64,000 bases of DNA from Spirochaetaceae bacterium (lineage in GTDB: Bacteria > Spirochaetota > Spirochaetia > DSM-2461), in the NCBI GenBank assembly GCA_965224705.1, contig OZ245056.1, positions 224,001 to 288,000 of the forward strand, written 5' to 3'. This document shows, piece after piece, positions 19,252 to 30,201 of the stretch (position 1 is the stretch's first letter; each line of letters opens with the position of its first letter). The notes under the pieces are model-generated. The model worked only from the letters and a program-made list of their open reading frames with translations. It ran no database searches and was not told the DNA's origin. The position numbers and the translations under genes were made by a program.

Positions 19252-19935
19252 ATGACCACCGTTCAGGATCAGCTCATCGAGAACCATCCTCTGTACTTGA
19301 GAGATTTCATCTGGCGGCATGATATAACACCATACAGGATTTTAATAGCTGAATTCATGCTCCACAGAACGAAAGCGGAACAGGTTGAACCGGTCTATAG
19401 AGAATTCCTGAAAACGTATCCTGATGTTGAAAGTCTTTCACAGGTTTCCATTAAAGATATCTCATCAGTGACACAAAATCTTGGTCTGCATTGGCGTGCT
19501 CAACACTTTCGGGATGCGGCTATATATATCAGAGATGAATGGGATGGCATTATTCCTGATGAAAGAAAAAAACTTCTAAAGATTCCCGGTGTCGGTGATT
19601 ATGCAGCTGGAGCAATTTTGACGATCTGTTTTAAAAAACGTGAATATGTTATCGACAGTAATATTGCCCGTTTTATTAACCGTTATTTTGATTTGAACCT
19701 TTCCGGAGAGATAAGACGATTGAAAATTATCAGGGAACATGCTGTTGATCTTTTTAATTATAGAGACACAAGTGGGTTTTTATTTGCCCTGCTAGATTTT
19801 TGCGCTCTGATTTGCAAACCGATAAGTCCGATCTGTGCGAATTGTCCTGTGAAATCAGAGTGTCGCTTTAATATTTACAGGATTATGGATAACGATGCAG
19901 AATTGTATGCGGCGGAGAGGGGTAATATGACCTGA
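19252..19935 (+). CDS. HhH-GPD DNA glycosylase with 4Fe-4S motif (MutY/Mig-like, probably T:G mismatch)
   Basis: PYRILIAEFMLHRT, LLKIPGVGDYAA, IDSNIAR, CKPISPICANCPVKSEC; no MutY C-terminal NUDIX domain. Confidence 0.85.
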   Translation: MTTVQDQLIENHPLYLRDFIWRHDITPYRILIAEFMLHRTKAEQVEPVYREFLKTYPDVESLSQVSIKDISSVTQNLGLHWRAQHFRDAAIYIRDEWDGIIPDERKKLLKIPGVGDYAAGAILTICFKKREYVIDSNIARFINRYFDLNLSGEIRRLKIIREHAVDLFNYRDTSGFLFALLDFCALICKPISPICANCPVKSECRFNIYRIMDNDAELYAAERGNMT

Positions 19936-20170
19936 ATCCGTATAAAGAAGGTGTACTGTGGAAATGATGCTTATGCCACTCTTTTACCTGTATTCTGGGA
20001 GCCTGGCGGAGAGGTATTTGATGGGCTGGGTATAGTCACCGTCCGTACCTTTTCTGTCCTGGATCTTCGTATTGTATCTTCAATTCATCGAGAAATTTTC
20101 TGTCAATTCATGCTTTCTTCTTTACCTGTGCTCTTCACATTCTTGAAGCGCAAATGAATAACCGGATACT
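19931..20170 (-). mobile_element. Degraded IS end matching 18013-18025 (possible 3' part of an IS1380-like element)
   Basis: cctgaatccgtat at 19931-19943 is the exact reverse complement of 18013-18025. Confidence 0.45.
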
Positions 20171-20379
20171 GCCCCTATGCCCAGTTGCAAGGTTCGCATA
20201 ATTTTGCATTATAGCGGAATGCTATGGGGAATGGGAGCAATAGCAGAAATCTGACAGATTTTATGCAAGACTGAGCAACAGCATAACGGGTTCCGGCTGA
20301 CCCGGCCTGCAGATTGAAATGCAGGATGATTTCAATCTGCTCATATTTGATTTGTTTCCTGATAGCCGAATGGTGTGGA

Positions 20380-20900
20380 TTATGCCTCACAATACAGAGA
20401 CAAATCCTTCCCCCGGAAACCGATCCCCAGCACCAACAATTTCTTCGGATGCCATTTCTCCCTGACCCCGTCAAGGTATCCCTCCACAGCCTGGGCATAA
20501 GCAGCCCGGGCCAGCACTTCCAGGGAGGTATCAGCAGCAGTATTTCCCTGCTTGAACTCAAACACAAAAACCTCTTCGACCTGGGCAGGATTACTCCCCT
20601 TCCTGACCACCACAATGTCCGAGCGGCCTCTCCCGTACTCCCGGTTGCTGTCCACGGCATAAGCCGGACCAAGACAGGCCAGAAGCCCCAGTACCAGGCC
20701 ATGGTAGAAGTTTTCCCGCCTGTCTTCCTCGTCCCGTGGGCTATCGTAATAGAAGGTTTGCACCATGAAGCTGCGGACGAAGACATCATCTGATCGTAGT
20801 AGTTATCCACATGGGCTGAATGCAGGGGGGTGTCATACTCGTCCAGAAGGATGTATGACGGTTTGCCATAGGTGCGGTGAAGCCAGGCAGGTGGTATGCT
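20380..20900 (-). pseudogene. AAA-ATPase-like / PD-(D/E)XK fusion gene with a large internal deletion
   Basis: ILLDEYDTPL (Walker B region) joined out of frame to ENFYHGLVLGLL...SNREYGRGRSDI...FEFK. Confidence 0.8.
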
Positions 20901-21409
20901 AAAGGCGTAATAGTTGGAATCATTGATCTTGATGAATCGCATTTTTTGGCTTATTTTGATTGTATTGAGTTGGGATTGATCGAAAGAGACACGTACTGTT
21001 TCAATCCGTTCAATCAGAAGAACTTGCCCCTCAAAAAGTGGGGGTTGATGCCATGTCTGTCATGAGCTTTGGAAACAGCTGGTTTTCGACAGAGTTTTCA
21101 AGAACTGTCAGGCCGCCCCTGAAACGCTGCTGATTCTGGAAGCATGTATCCCGGCTCATTGAACCAGGCAGCGTGAGAGACAGAAGAGTGGAAAGGATAA
21201 CCCATCTCTGCTAATGGAGGAATCCAGGATTGAGATTGGGTTGGTTCATCTCTTTGTGTATCAGAGCACGGGGACGAAATCCCATTTTTTCAATACCAGA
21301 ATAATAAAAAAATACAATATTGTCGGTTACATACAAACTCAATTCTGATATTATCATTAAAGATTGTATCTTGTAGCTTGCCATGAATTGCAAGCGGTAA
21401 AGGAAAAAA

Positions 21410-23203
21410 ATGAAACCGACTGATACCAGTGATCCTGATTACTATCATAGAGTTGTGGATTGTCAGTGGGCATGTCCAGCCCATACACCCGTTCCTGCAT
21501 ACATCCGACTCATTGCCCAGGGCAAATACTCGGATGCATACATGCTTAACAGGGAATCAAATGTATTTCCGGGAATTCTTGGACGTGTTTGTGATCGGCC
21601 TTGTGAACCGGCATGCCGACGACGGAGAATTGAAGAGAAACCAGTGGCTATATGCCGACTGAAGAGAACCACGGCAGATTTCAGGGACGAGATTAAAGAT
21701 CAGCTTCCAAAGGCTCCTGCAAAGAAGAATGGGAAGCGCATAGCACTCATCGGGGCAGGACCCGCATCAATGACTGTCGCCAATGACTTACTTCCTCTTG
21801 GCTATGAAGTTGTTATTTTTGAGAAGCTCAGCACGACCGGGGGATTGATGAGAACCAGCATTCCTGCCTTTCGGCTTCCTGCGAGCATAATCGATGAAGA
21901 AATCGGCATGATTCTTGATATGGGTGCCGACCTTCGGTTGAATACACCTGTGGACAGCCTTAAGAAACTGCTTGAAGAAGGGGATGATGATGGATTTTTT
22001 GATGCTGTCTTTGTCGGCAGTGGAGCCCCTCAGGGAAAGGAACTTGAAATTCCCGGTAGACATGAAACAGACCAGATCTACGTTGGTCTGAATTGGCTGG
22101 AATCTGTTGCTTTTGGACATGTGAACAGCATTGCTCCCCGAGTTGTGATTATCGGAGGGGGGAATACAGCCATGGACTGCTGCCGTACGGCAAAACGTAT
22201 TGGCGGAGAGAATGTCAAGGTTGTAGCTCGAAAACCCTATAACATGCTCAAGGCTTCGGAGTGGGAACTGGAAGATGCCGAAGAAGAGGCCATCGACATT
22301 GTCACCAACTATTCTCCTGAACACTTCATTATTAAAGATGGTAAGCTAACTGGTGTCCTATTCGAGAATGTGGAATGGTATCGTGATGATTCAGGGAAAC
22401 TGAAATCCCAGAAGATCAAGGATGTAACGATACCATGTGATGCTGTCATACTGGCTGTTGGTCAGGAAAACGCCTTCCCATTTATTGAGACAGATATCGG
22501 GATTGAATTTGATGACTGGAACTGTCCTGTCGTGAATAAAACCAACTACCAGTCAACACGTCCTGGAGTATTCTTTGGTGGAGATGCGGCGTTTGGTCCC
22601 TTGAATATTATATGGGCCGTTGCCCATGGCCACGAAGCAGCCATATCCATCCATAACTACTGCAACGGCATCTCCATTGACCAACGTCTTCCCAGAGGCA
22701 TCAACCTCATCAGCCAGCGAATGGGTATTCACCAATGGAGTTACAGCAATACATGGGATGCGTCCAAACGTCGAAGAGTTCCACAGATGTCCCTTAAGGA
22801 ACGGTTTCTTGACCTCAAACTTGAAGTTGAACACGGCTTCGACAAGGCTGAAGCAGCCAAAGAGGCGGAACGCTGCCTGAATTGTGACATGCAGACCGAT
22901 TTCACCGCTTCACTTTGCATTGAATGCGATGCCTGTATTGATGTTTGTCCTGTAGACTGCCTCACCATCACTCATAACGGAGAAGAGACCGATCTTCGCT
23001 CCAGACTCACCGCCCCATCCATCAACCCTGAGCAGGCGCTGTTTATCTCCGAAGATTTGCCTCAAACTGGCCGGATAATGGTCAAGGATGAAGATGTCTG
23101 TATTCATTGTGGACTCTGCGCCGAACGCTGTCCAACAGGAGCCTGGGATATGAAAAAGTCAATTATAAGAATTCCACTTGCTGAGGATTACAATGGAAAA
23201 TAA
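21410..23203 (+). CDS. GltD-like FAD/NAD(P) oxidoreductase with C-terminal 4Fe-4S ferredoxin domain
   Basis: CQWACP, GRVCDRPCEPAC, IGAGPA, IGGGNTAMD, CIECDACIDVCP, CIHCGLCAERCP. Confidence 0.9.
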   Translation: MKPTDTSDPDYYHRVVDCQWACPAHTPVPAYIRLIAQGKYSDAYMLNRESNVFPGILGRVCDRPCEPACRRRRIEEKPVAICRLKRTTADFRDEIKDQLPKAPAKKNGKRIALIGAGPASMTVANDLLPLGYEVVIFEKLSTTGGLMRTSIPAFRLPASIIDEEIGMILDMGADLRLNTPVDSLKKLLEEGDDDGFFDAVFVGSGAPQGKELEIPGRHETDQIYVGLNWLESVAFGHVNSIAPRVVIIGGGNTAMDCCRTAKRIGGENVKVVARKPYNMLKASEWELEDAEEEAIDIVTNYSPEHFIIKDGKLTGVLFENVEWYRDDSGKLKSQKIKDVTIPCDAVILAVGQENAFPFIETDIGIEFDDWNCPVVNKTNYQSTRPGVFFGGDAAFGPLNIIWAVAHGHEAAISIHNYCNGISIDQRLPRGINLISQRMGIHQWSYSNTWDASKRRRVPQMSLKERFLDLKLEVEHGFDKAEAAKEAERCLNCDMQTDFTASLCIECDACIDVCPVDCLTITHNGEETDLRSRLTAPSINPEQALFISEDLPQTGRIMVKDEDVCIHCGLCAERCPTGAWDMKKSIIRIPLAEDYNGK

Positions 23204-25004
23204 TTTTATTAACGATTTCGTTCTCAAGATTGCCAATGTCAATGGTTCTGGATCGGCCAGCGCAAACAGCCTGATCTACAAATCCATATTCCGCTCCGGT
23301 GTCCCGGTGTCGGCAAAAAATATCTTTCCTTCCAACATACAGGGATTACCCACATGGTTTGAGGTAAGAGTGAATGCTGATGGTCACATTGCCCGGTCTC
23401 CCAGAGTGGATATACTCATCGCCATGAATCCACAAACAATGAAAGAGGATGTGGCCTCAGTTCGACCCAACGGATACTTCCTGTACGATTCCACCTGGCC
23501 GCTGAGAGAAGATTTGAAGCGTGAAGATCTACACTTCCTTCCTGTTCCATTTTCCAACCTGAACGTAGAAGCTTTCCCCGATGTAAAAGTCAGAATTCTA
23601 ATGAAGAACATCACCTATGTGGGAGCAACTGCGGCCTTTCTCAACATTGAACTTTCTGTCCTCCAAACATTGATAGAAGAAACATACAATCGAAAACCAG
23701 AGCTGGCCGATGCCAATATGAAGGCAATAACAATGAGTCACAGTTACGTTACAGAGAATTTTGACTATCCATTGCCTGTTCGTGTAAAACAATTGGATAA
23801 AACCCGAGATTGTGTTCTGATGACCGGAAACGCCGCCACTGCCCTGGGCTGTATTTATGCCGGAGCAACCGTTGCCGCATGGTATCCCATTACTCCGGCC
23901 ACCTCGGTTTCCAGCGTTTTTGGTCAATTAAGTGAACGCTTTCATCGGGATCCAGAGACAGGTCGCTTGAATGTTATCATTGTCCAGGCTGAAGATGAAC
24001 TGGCCGCTGCCGGAATTGCAATTGGGGCCGGCTGGGCCGGGGCACGTTCATTTACGGCCACCAGTGGGGCTGGAATATCCTTGATGAACGAATTCATTGG
24101 ATTTGCCTACTTTACTGAGATTCCGGTTGTATTCATTGATGTCCAGCGTGTAGGCCCATCCACAGGTCTGCCTACCCGGACCCAGCAGGGGGATATTCTA
24201 TTCGCTGCCTATGCCTCTCACGGAGATACGAAGCACATCCTTCTTTTTCCATCCGATCCCGAAGAATGCTTCTACTTCAGCGTTGCCGCCTTCGATCTTG
24301 CAGAACACTTTCAAACACCTGTTATTGTTCTCTCCGACCTTGACATTGGTATGAATGAGTGGTTGATACCACGACTGCAATGGGATGACTCATATCGTCC
24401 TGACCGTGGGAAAGTGCTCACGGCTGAACAACTCGAGAAAATGGAAAAGTTTTATCGCTATCTGGATACCGATGGAGATGAGATCGCTGCTCGCACCCTC
24501 CCTGGTGTTCATCCTAAAGGAGCCTATTTCCTCAGGGGATCCGGGCACAACAAGTACGGACAATACACTGAGAAATCTGAAGAATATATTGAAGTTGTTG
24601 ATAGACTCCTTCGAAAGGTTGAGTCTTCTGCCGACCAGGTTCCAGGTCCTGTGATAGAGAGTCAAAAAGGAAGCAAGTTTGGAGTCATTACTGTCGGCGG
24701 CTGCAATCTTGCCGTAAGAGAGGCTCTTAAACGGCTTGCTGACGAAAACATACATTTTGACTTCATGCGTATCCGGGCCTTTCCGTTTTCAAAACAGATT
24801 GAAGCCTTCATCACAGCTCATGAACGCTGTTTTGTCGTTGAACAGAATCGTGATGCTCAGCTCAGGAGTCTTTTGATTCTGGAAAGTGCTGCAACTAAAT
24901 CTCAGTTGATTTCAATCCTGGAGTACGGCGGTATGCCGATAGATGCTGATGCTGTTACAAAGAAACTGAGGGAAGCATATAAAAAAGAGGAGATTCAACA
25001 ATGA
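23193..25004 (+). CDS. korA: 2-oxoacid:acceptor oxidoreductase alpha subunit
   Basis: WYPITP, QAEDELAA, ATSGAG, QRVGPSTGLPTRTQQGD. Confidence 0.88.
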   Translation: MENNFINDFVLKIANVNGSGSASANSLIYKSIFRSGVPVSAKNIFPSNIQGLPTWFEVRVNADGHIARSPRVDILIAMNPQTMKEDVASVRPNGYFLYDSTWPLREDLKREDLHFLPVPFSNLNVEAFPDVKVRILMKNITYVGATAAFLNIELSVLQTLIEETYNRKPELADANMKAITMSHSYVTENFDYPLPVRVKQLDKTRDCVLMTGNAATALGCIYAGATVAAWYPITPATSVSSVFGQLSERFHRDPETGRLNVIIVQAEDELAAAGIAIGAGWAGARSFTATSGAGISLMNEFIGFAYFTEIPVVFIDVQRVGPSTGLPTRTQQGDILFAAYASHGDTKHILLFPSDPEECFYFSVAAFDLAEHFQTPVIVLSDLDIGMNEWLIPRLQWDDSYRPDRGKVLTAEQLEKMEKFYRYLDTDGDEIAARTLPGVHPKGAYFLRGSGHNKYGQYTEKSEEYIEVVDRLLRKVESSADQVPGPVIESQKGSKFGVITVGGCNLAVREALKRLADENIHFDFMRIRAFPFSKQIEAFITAHERCFVVEQNRDAQLRSLLILESAATKSQLISILEYGGMPIDADAVTKKLREAYKKEEIQQ

Positions 25005-26056
25005 GCTACGGTCAAAAACCAGAAGTAAGCCATCCTTCAATATCTCTGAATGAAGTGGGTTTAACTCGACGAGATTACGAGGGTGCCCTTTCCACTCTCT
25101 GTGCCGGATGCGGCCATGATTCGATTACAGCTGCTATAATTCAGGCCACCTGGGAACTCTCCCTGCCGCCTCATCGAATTGCCAAACTCAGCGGTATTGG
25201 CTGTTCGTCGAAAACACCCACATACTTTGTTTCAGAAGCTCATGGTATTAACTCCGTCCATGGTAGAATGGCGGCTGTGGCCACCGGAGCATCAGCGGCC
25301 AACCGTGATCTATGGCTGATTGGAGTCTCCGGGGATGGGGACTCCCTTTCCATCGGCCTTGGTCAGTTTGCCCATACTGCCCGTAGAAACGTAAATATGC
25401 TGTATGTTCTGGAGAATAACGGCGTTTATGGCTTAACCAAGGGACAGTTTTCTGCCTCTGCCGATGTTGGTTCCAAGCTGAAGAAGGGGGAACTAAATCC
25501 TTTCGGACCCATCGATCCCGCCCAGCTTGCCATCAGCATCGGGGCATCCTTTGTCGCCCGTTCATTCTCAGGCGACAAAGCCCAGCTTGTTCCGCTCATC
25601 AAGGCAGGCCTCACTCACCGCGGTTTCGCTGTCATCGACATTATTTCTCCCTGTGTCACTTTTAACGACCATGAAAGCTCTACGAAAAGTTATATACATA
25701 CCCGGGAGAACATAACTGAGGCGGTTCACATAGATTTTATTGAGGACTCTGAAGAAATAACAACAAGCTATGATAAAGGCACGAAGACAAAACTGACCTT
25801 ACATGATGGTTCCAATATAATCCTCGACAAAGTTGCCGAAAACTATGATCCTACTGATTCCCTGGAAGCACTTGCATACATTCGCCGATGTGCGATGAAA
25901 GGACGGGTTGCAACAGGATTGCTCTATATCAATAAAGATGCCGAGGACATGCATGACCATGCGTCAACATGTGATAATCCCCTGGTTAATCAGTCATTTG
26001 AACTACTCAATCCAGGCAATGAGGCATTGCAAAAACTTCAGAACTCCCTGTGCTGA
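25001..26056 (+). CDS. korB: 2-oxoacid:ferredoxin oxidoreductase beta subunit
   Basis: LCAGCGH, SGIGCS, HGR, SGDGD, NNGVYGLTKGQ. Confidence 0.88.
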   Translation: MSYGQKPEVSHPSISLNEVGLTRRDYEGALSTLCAGCGHDSITAAIIQATWELSLPPHRIAKLSGIGCSSKTPTYFVSEAHGINSVHGRMAAVATGASAANRDLWLIGVSGDGDSLSIGLGQFAHTARRNVNMLYVLENNGVYGLTKGQFSASADVGSKLKKGELNPFGPIDPAQLAISIGASFVARSFSGDKAQLVPLIKAGLTHRGFAVIDIISPCVTFNDHESSTKSYIHTRENITEAVHIDFIEDSEEITTSYDKGTKTKLTLHDGSNIILDKVAENYDPTDSLEALAYIRRCAMKGRVATGLLYINKDAEDMHDHASTCDNPLVNQSFELLNPGNEALQKLQNSLC

Positions 26057-26230
26057 GATGTTAGCCTTTGGAGCTGGCAATATATACCATTGATGACTCT
26101 GACCCGGATGTGAGGGAGCAATGCTGAAACAACTTCTATACTGAGTCTCTGTCGGCCATTTCAGGGATCCCCTGGAGGCTCGTACCACAGTAGAAGGATC
26201 CTGTCTGTGGATTTTCTTGTGAGTTAATAA

Positions 26231-26459
26231 CCCAGTGTCAGAAAGCCTGTAAAACCCCCTTCAACCCATCCCGGGAGTCCACTCTCATCCTAAACCTTCA
26301 CATATCCTCCTGAGATTGGCAAACCCGGTCTCATAGATGAACTCGGACTCACTTCTGGCAAAATGGCATGGTCGAACTCCTTTATAAATTGTTTTCTTAC
26401 TATGTTATAACGAGCCTGACAGGAGTTTTTGCTGCATTAACAAGCTTTCTGACACTGGG
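26231..26459. mobile_element. 229-bp IS-derived MITE with 20-bp terminal inverted repeats
   Basis: cccagtgtcagaaagcctgt / acaagctttctgacactggg (19/20 match); a lone matching end at 34399-34418. Confidence 0.75.
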
Positions 26460-26465
26460 AATGAT

Positions 26466-28025
26466 CTACAATGGCATGCATCCATGCTTACGTGTTGGCA
26501 TCATGTCACTTTTCTCTGCTAGAATCTCCAGAGCCCTGATAATCCTGGGGCGAGTTTCCTCGGGAATTATCACATGGTCAATATAACCCCGTTCTGCTGC
26601 CCTGTAGGGATTGAAGAAGTAACTCTCATACTCCTTCTCTTTCATGGCAATGAATTTCTCCGGATCAGGGTTTTTGGCGGCTTCTTTCTTGTATATTATT
26701 TCTGCTGCACCGTGGGCACCCATAACCGCAATCTCGGCAGTCGGCCATGCATAAACAACATCTCCCCGAAGATGCCGGGAGCTCATAATGATGTAGGCCC
26801 CACCGTATGCTTTGCGTAGAATAATTGTTATCTTGGGTACTGTAGCCTCTGCGTAGGCATAGAGCATCTTAGCACCATGACGGATAATTCCTCCATGTTC
26901 CTGAAGAGTTCCCGGCATGAATCCCGGTACATCCACGAAAGTAATGACAGGAATATTGAAGGCATCACAGAACCGGATGAAACGGGCAGCCTTTGAAGAA
27001 GCATCAATGTCCAGCACTCCTGCCTTAATCATCGGTTGATTGGCTACAACTCCTGTTGAATGCCCATTCATCCTGCAGAATCCAATAACTATGTTGGCAG
27101 CATATTCTTTGGCAATTTCAAGAAAAACATTGGAGTCTGCAATCTCCTTGATGATTTCCCTTACATCGTAGGGTTTATGACTATCTTCAGGAATAATGGA
27201 ACCTATACGGTTGCTGATTCTGCTTTTTTTGTCCGAAGGAGGGCTGTAGGGCGCCTTTTGTCTGTTATTAGAAGGAAGATATGATAGTATACGGCGGATA
27301 GTGAAAAGGACAGATTTTTCATCATCTGCAATAAAATGTGCTACCCCACTCCTGGTACCATGAACCACGGAACCTCCAAGTTGCTCCGCACTGACATCTT
27401 CATAGATGACTTTTTTGACCACTTTGGGACCGGTGACAAACATATAACTGTTGTTTTTACTCATCACCACGAAATCCTGAATAGCTGGAGAGTAGACGGC
27501 ACCGCCAGCACAGGGACCAAGAATTGCTGCGATCTGAGGGATAACCCCGGAACACAGGACATTCCTCTGAAAAACCTCACCATAACCAGCCAGAGCATCA
27601 ATGCCGTCCTGAACTCTGGCTCCTCCAGAATCATTGAGACCAATGACAGGAACACCGGCTTTCATGGCCATATCCATCACCTTGCAGATTTTGTCGGCAT
27701 GAGTGCGCGAGAGCGTTCCTCCATTAATTGTGGCATCCTGAGCGTAAAGATAAACTGGACGTCCATCAATTCTGGCACAGCCGACAACCACCCCATCTCC
27801 ATACCATGCTATGCTGTTATCATCAAAACCGTGACTACGGTGGAGCCGAAGCATGTCGAATTCCTCAAAACTGTCTTCATCCACCAATGCCATGATGCGT
27901 TCACGAACGGAAAGCTTTCCCTTTTCATGCTGTGCCTTTATTTTTTGTTCACCACTACCTGCCATGGCCTCGGCAAGCTTTGATAGCAGTACGGCTGTTT
28001 TTTGATTCTCAGTTTTTTTCGACAT
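26466..28025 (-). CDS. Acyl-CoA carboxylase/decarboxylase carboxyltransferase subunit (PccB/MmdA-like)
   Basis: QHEKGKL..RERI, DSGGARVQDG, GPCAGGAVYSPA, DVPGFMPG, RKAYGGAY, RKHG. Confidence 0.93.
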   Translation of the reverse strand: MSKKTENQKTAVLLSKLAEAMAGSGEQKIKAQHEKGKLSVRERIMALVDEDSFEEFDMLRLHRSHGFDDNSIAWYGDGVVVGCARIDGRPVYLYAQDATINGGTLSRTHADKICKVMDMAMKAGVPVIGLNDSGGARVQDGIDALAGYGEVFQRNVLCSGVIPQIAAILGPCAGGAVYSPAIQDFVVMSKNNSYMFVTGPKVVKKVIYEDVSAEQLGGSVVHGTRSGVAHFIADDEKSVLFTIRRILSYLPSNNRQKAPYSPPSDKKSRISNRIGSIIPEDSHKPYDVREIIKEIADSNVFLEIAKEYAANIVIGFCRMNGHSTGVVANQPMIKAGVLDIDASSKAARFIRFCDAFNIPVITFVDVPGFMPGTLQEHGGIIRHGAKMLYAYAEATVPKITIILRKAYGGAYIIMSSRHLRGDVVYAWPTAEIAVMGAHGAAEIIYKKEAAKNPDPEKFIAMKEKEYESYFFNPYRAAERGYIDHVIIPEETRPRIIRALEILAEKSDMMPTRKHGCMPL

Positions 28026-28547
28026 TTAGCGGTTCCATTTCTAATATTACGACTTCAACTCCAATGCACCTCAAGAACCTCTCTGCTGAACAAATCCTCA
28101 TATTGGTTCCGTACCGGGATGGGAAGGGATATCCATGAAGTATTCATCAGATTCTCTTGAAAGTGACATTTTCTCTGGCACTGTTCCTGGTACTGGGTGC
28201 AGCCGGAATTTCTTCGGTTATTCTGTTTTGCACAGGCGATGACCGCCTGACTCCTGCCCTGGAGCCTGTCGGACTTACGCCTCAAAGTCTTAAAGTCCGA
28301 CAGACTTTTTGTTCGCTGCGTTCCAGAGGAGCCAAGTATCACTATATCGGGAATACAACCTCTCAGGATCTGAATAATATCAACTATTGTAATAAGTGCT
28401 CAGAATATTTTCAAGGGCGAAAAAGTTCCGAAAACACTGGAACTGCCTTTGATAATCCCATTCTGATTCTGCAATAATTCTTGTTGATGCGATGCCTGAT
28501 ACGTGTGCATGAAGAAATCCAGGGCCTGGATACAACTGACACCGTCC

Positions 28548-29762
28548 CTAAAATACCCGGTCCTTTCGAAGCAATGGTAGTACGAACAGACTGGATATAA
28601 GTGCCATGCTGCCAGAGATAAAACCTATCTGCTGGAATGTGAATTTTTGGAGAATCGCAAACCCGATGAAAGGGGCAAGTACACCACGTATACCGGAAAG
28701 AAGGGCATGGGCAGATTGATAGATCCGGACTTCGCCAGCCCCAACAATTCGGGTCACCCAGAGCTGCCAGATAAACAGTGATCCGGAGAGTCCTATCCCT
28801 ATAAGCATTGCGGATATGATGATAACAGGCAAAGACCTGGTGAGGAAACACAGTGGTACACCAACGGCAAAGATCAAATTAATATAAATCCTCATCGCCG
28901 GGAAACTCAATCTATGGTAAAGAGTGGCTGAAAATCGATTAAAGATGAGTTGAAATCCTGATGGAATGACGACCAGTATCAATGTTGCCATGAAAGGAGA
29001 GATACCCAGACCCCTTCCCGGTTCAGCAAGATAGACAGCCCTCAGCGGTATGGTGCATAAATTGGCGAAACCTATAAACATCCAGCAGAATTGAACATAG
29101 ACAAACCGGAGATCTCTAAACGGCAGGGTCATGGCATGCAGCCAGGATTCAGATCTGGGCGACGGCTTTGTCCCCGGGAGCCTGGCCAGAAGAAAAGCAC
29201 TGACTATGAGTACACTGATGGCGGCCAGATTGATCCACCTCCACCAGAAAAGATTAAGATCCAGAATGTACCCGCATCCAAGACCAGAAAACAGAGTAAC
29301 AATGAGATTCAATCCCGAACCATGAGAAATCCTGCGGGCACGTTTCTTATGGTGGTAAAACTCACCGTAGAGGTCCGTAAAGAAAGGCTGCCTCAGGTGA
29401 AAGGCCGCTGAACATAGAGTGACTGCAATTGTATAGGTCATACCATTCTGGACAATGGTCCCGACAGCTAAAGACACAGCGGCAGTTATAGTCAGCAGAA
29501 AAAGTATTCGGGATCGAGGTATATGAGTGCGATTGAGAAGTCCAATAAGGGGTGAGGACAATAGAAACCCAATGAACTTTGATGAAGCGATGAGACCTTT
29601 CCAAAAATCTCCAACAGAAAAGTACCGTATTGCTATAATGATGAAAACGGAATCAATGAGAGTTATAATAATACCATCGGTACTCTGCCTTATTGTGTCT
29701 ATAAGCCATGTGCGCTTTTCGTCAGTCATTAATGAACTCATGAGGCATAGTCTGTGAATCAA
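28548..29762 (-). CDS. MFS-type membrane transporter
   Basis: ~12 hydrophobic segments, 404 aa. Confidence 0.7.
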   Translation of the reverse strand: MIHRLCLMSSLMTDEKRTWLIDTIRQSTDGIIITLIDSVFIIIAIRYFSVGDFWKGLIASSKFIGFLLSSPLIGLLNRTHIPRSRILFLLTITAAVSLAVGTIVQNGMTYTIAVTLCSAAFHLRQPFFTDLYGEFYHHKKRARRISHGSGLNLIVTLFSGLGCGYILDLNLFWWRWINLAAISVLIVSAFLLARLPGTKPSPRSESWLHAMTLPFRDLRFVYVQFCWMFIGFANLCTIPLRAVYLAEPGRGLGISPFMATLILVVIPSGFQLIFNRFSATLYHRLSFPAMRIYINLIFAVGVPLCFLTRSLPVIIISAMLIGIGLSGSLFIWQLWVTRIVGAGEVRIYQSAHALLSGIRGVLAPFIGFAILQKFTFQQIGFISGSMALISSLFVLPLLRKDRVF

Positions 29763-29838
29763 CCGATATCTGCAAGAGTACAGAAGACTGAGCTGTTGCA
29801 GGCAGATTCACTACGCTGTCAGCGGCTATGGACAACTT

Positions 29839-30201
29839 TCAGCCAATATTCTTTTCCATCTGATTCAAAGATCCGCCCACAAAAACCTTACTGTATCCCA
29901 TCATACGCAGTAGGCGAGCTCCTTTCCTGGCACGACTGCCCGTAGAACAGTAAAGGATGAGGGGTTTGGATTTGTTGCCAAGCCGCTTGCCGCTTTTTGT
30001 AATTTTTTCAACAGGAATGCTCATAGCTCCAGGAAAATGCTTGGCCCTGTACTCATCACTTGATCTGACATCAATGATATCAGCAGAGCGTATCAGTTCA
30101 CGGAGACGTTTTTCATGACGACCGGATGTGAGCATTCGGCCATATCCATACACTGTGAGTCCCACCAAAACTATGGCACCAATGATTGTACTTCTATCCA
30201 T
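29839..30201 (-). CDS. Membrane-anchored rhodanese-like protein
   Basis: IIDVRS..EY...HFPGA.SIP, LYCSTGSRA. Confidence 0.9.
   Translation of the reverse strand: MDRSTIIGAIVLVGLTVYGYGRMLTSGRHEKRLRELIRSADIIDVRSSDEYRAKHFPGAMSIPVEKITKSGKRLGNKSKPLILYCSTGSRARKGARLLRMMGYSKVFVGGSLNQMEKNIG

Noticed and set aside
20190..20390. attC-like site starting GCATAAC at 20281
   Set aside because: No convincing complementary GTTRRRY end or paired boxes
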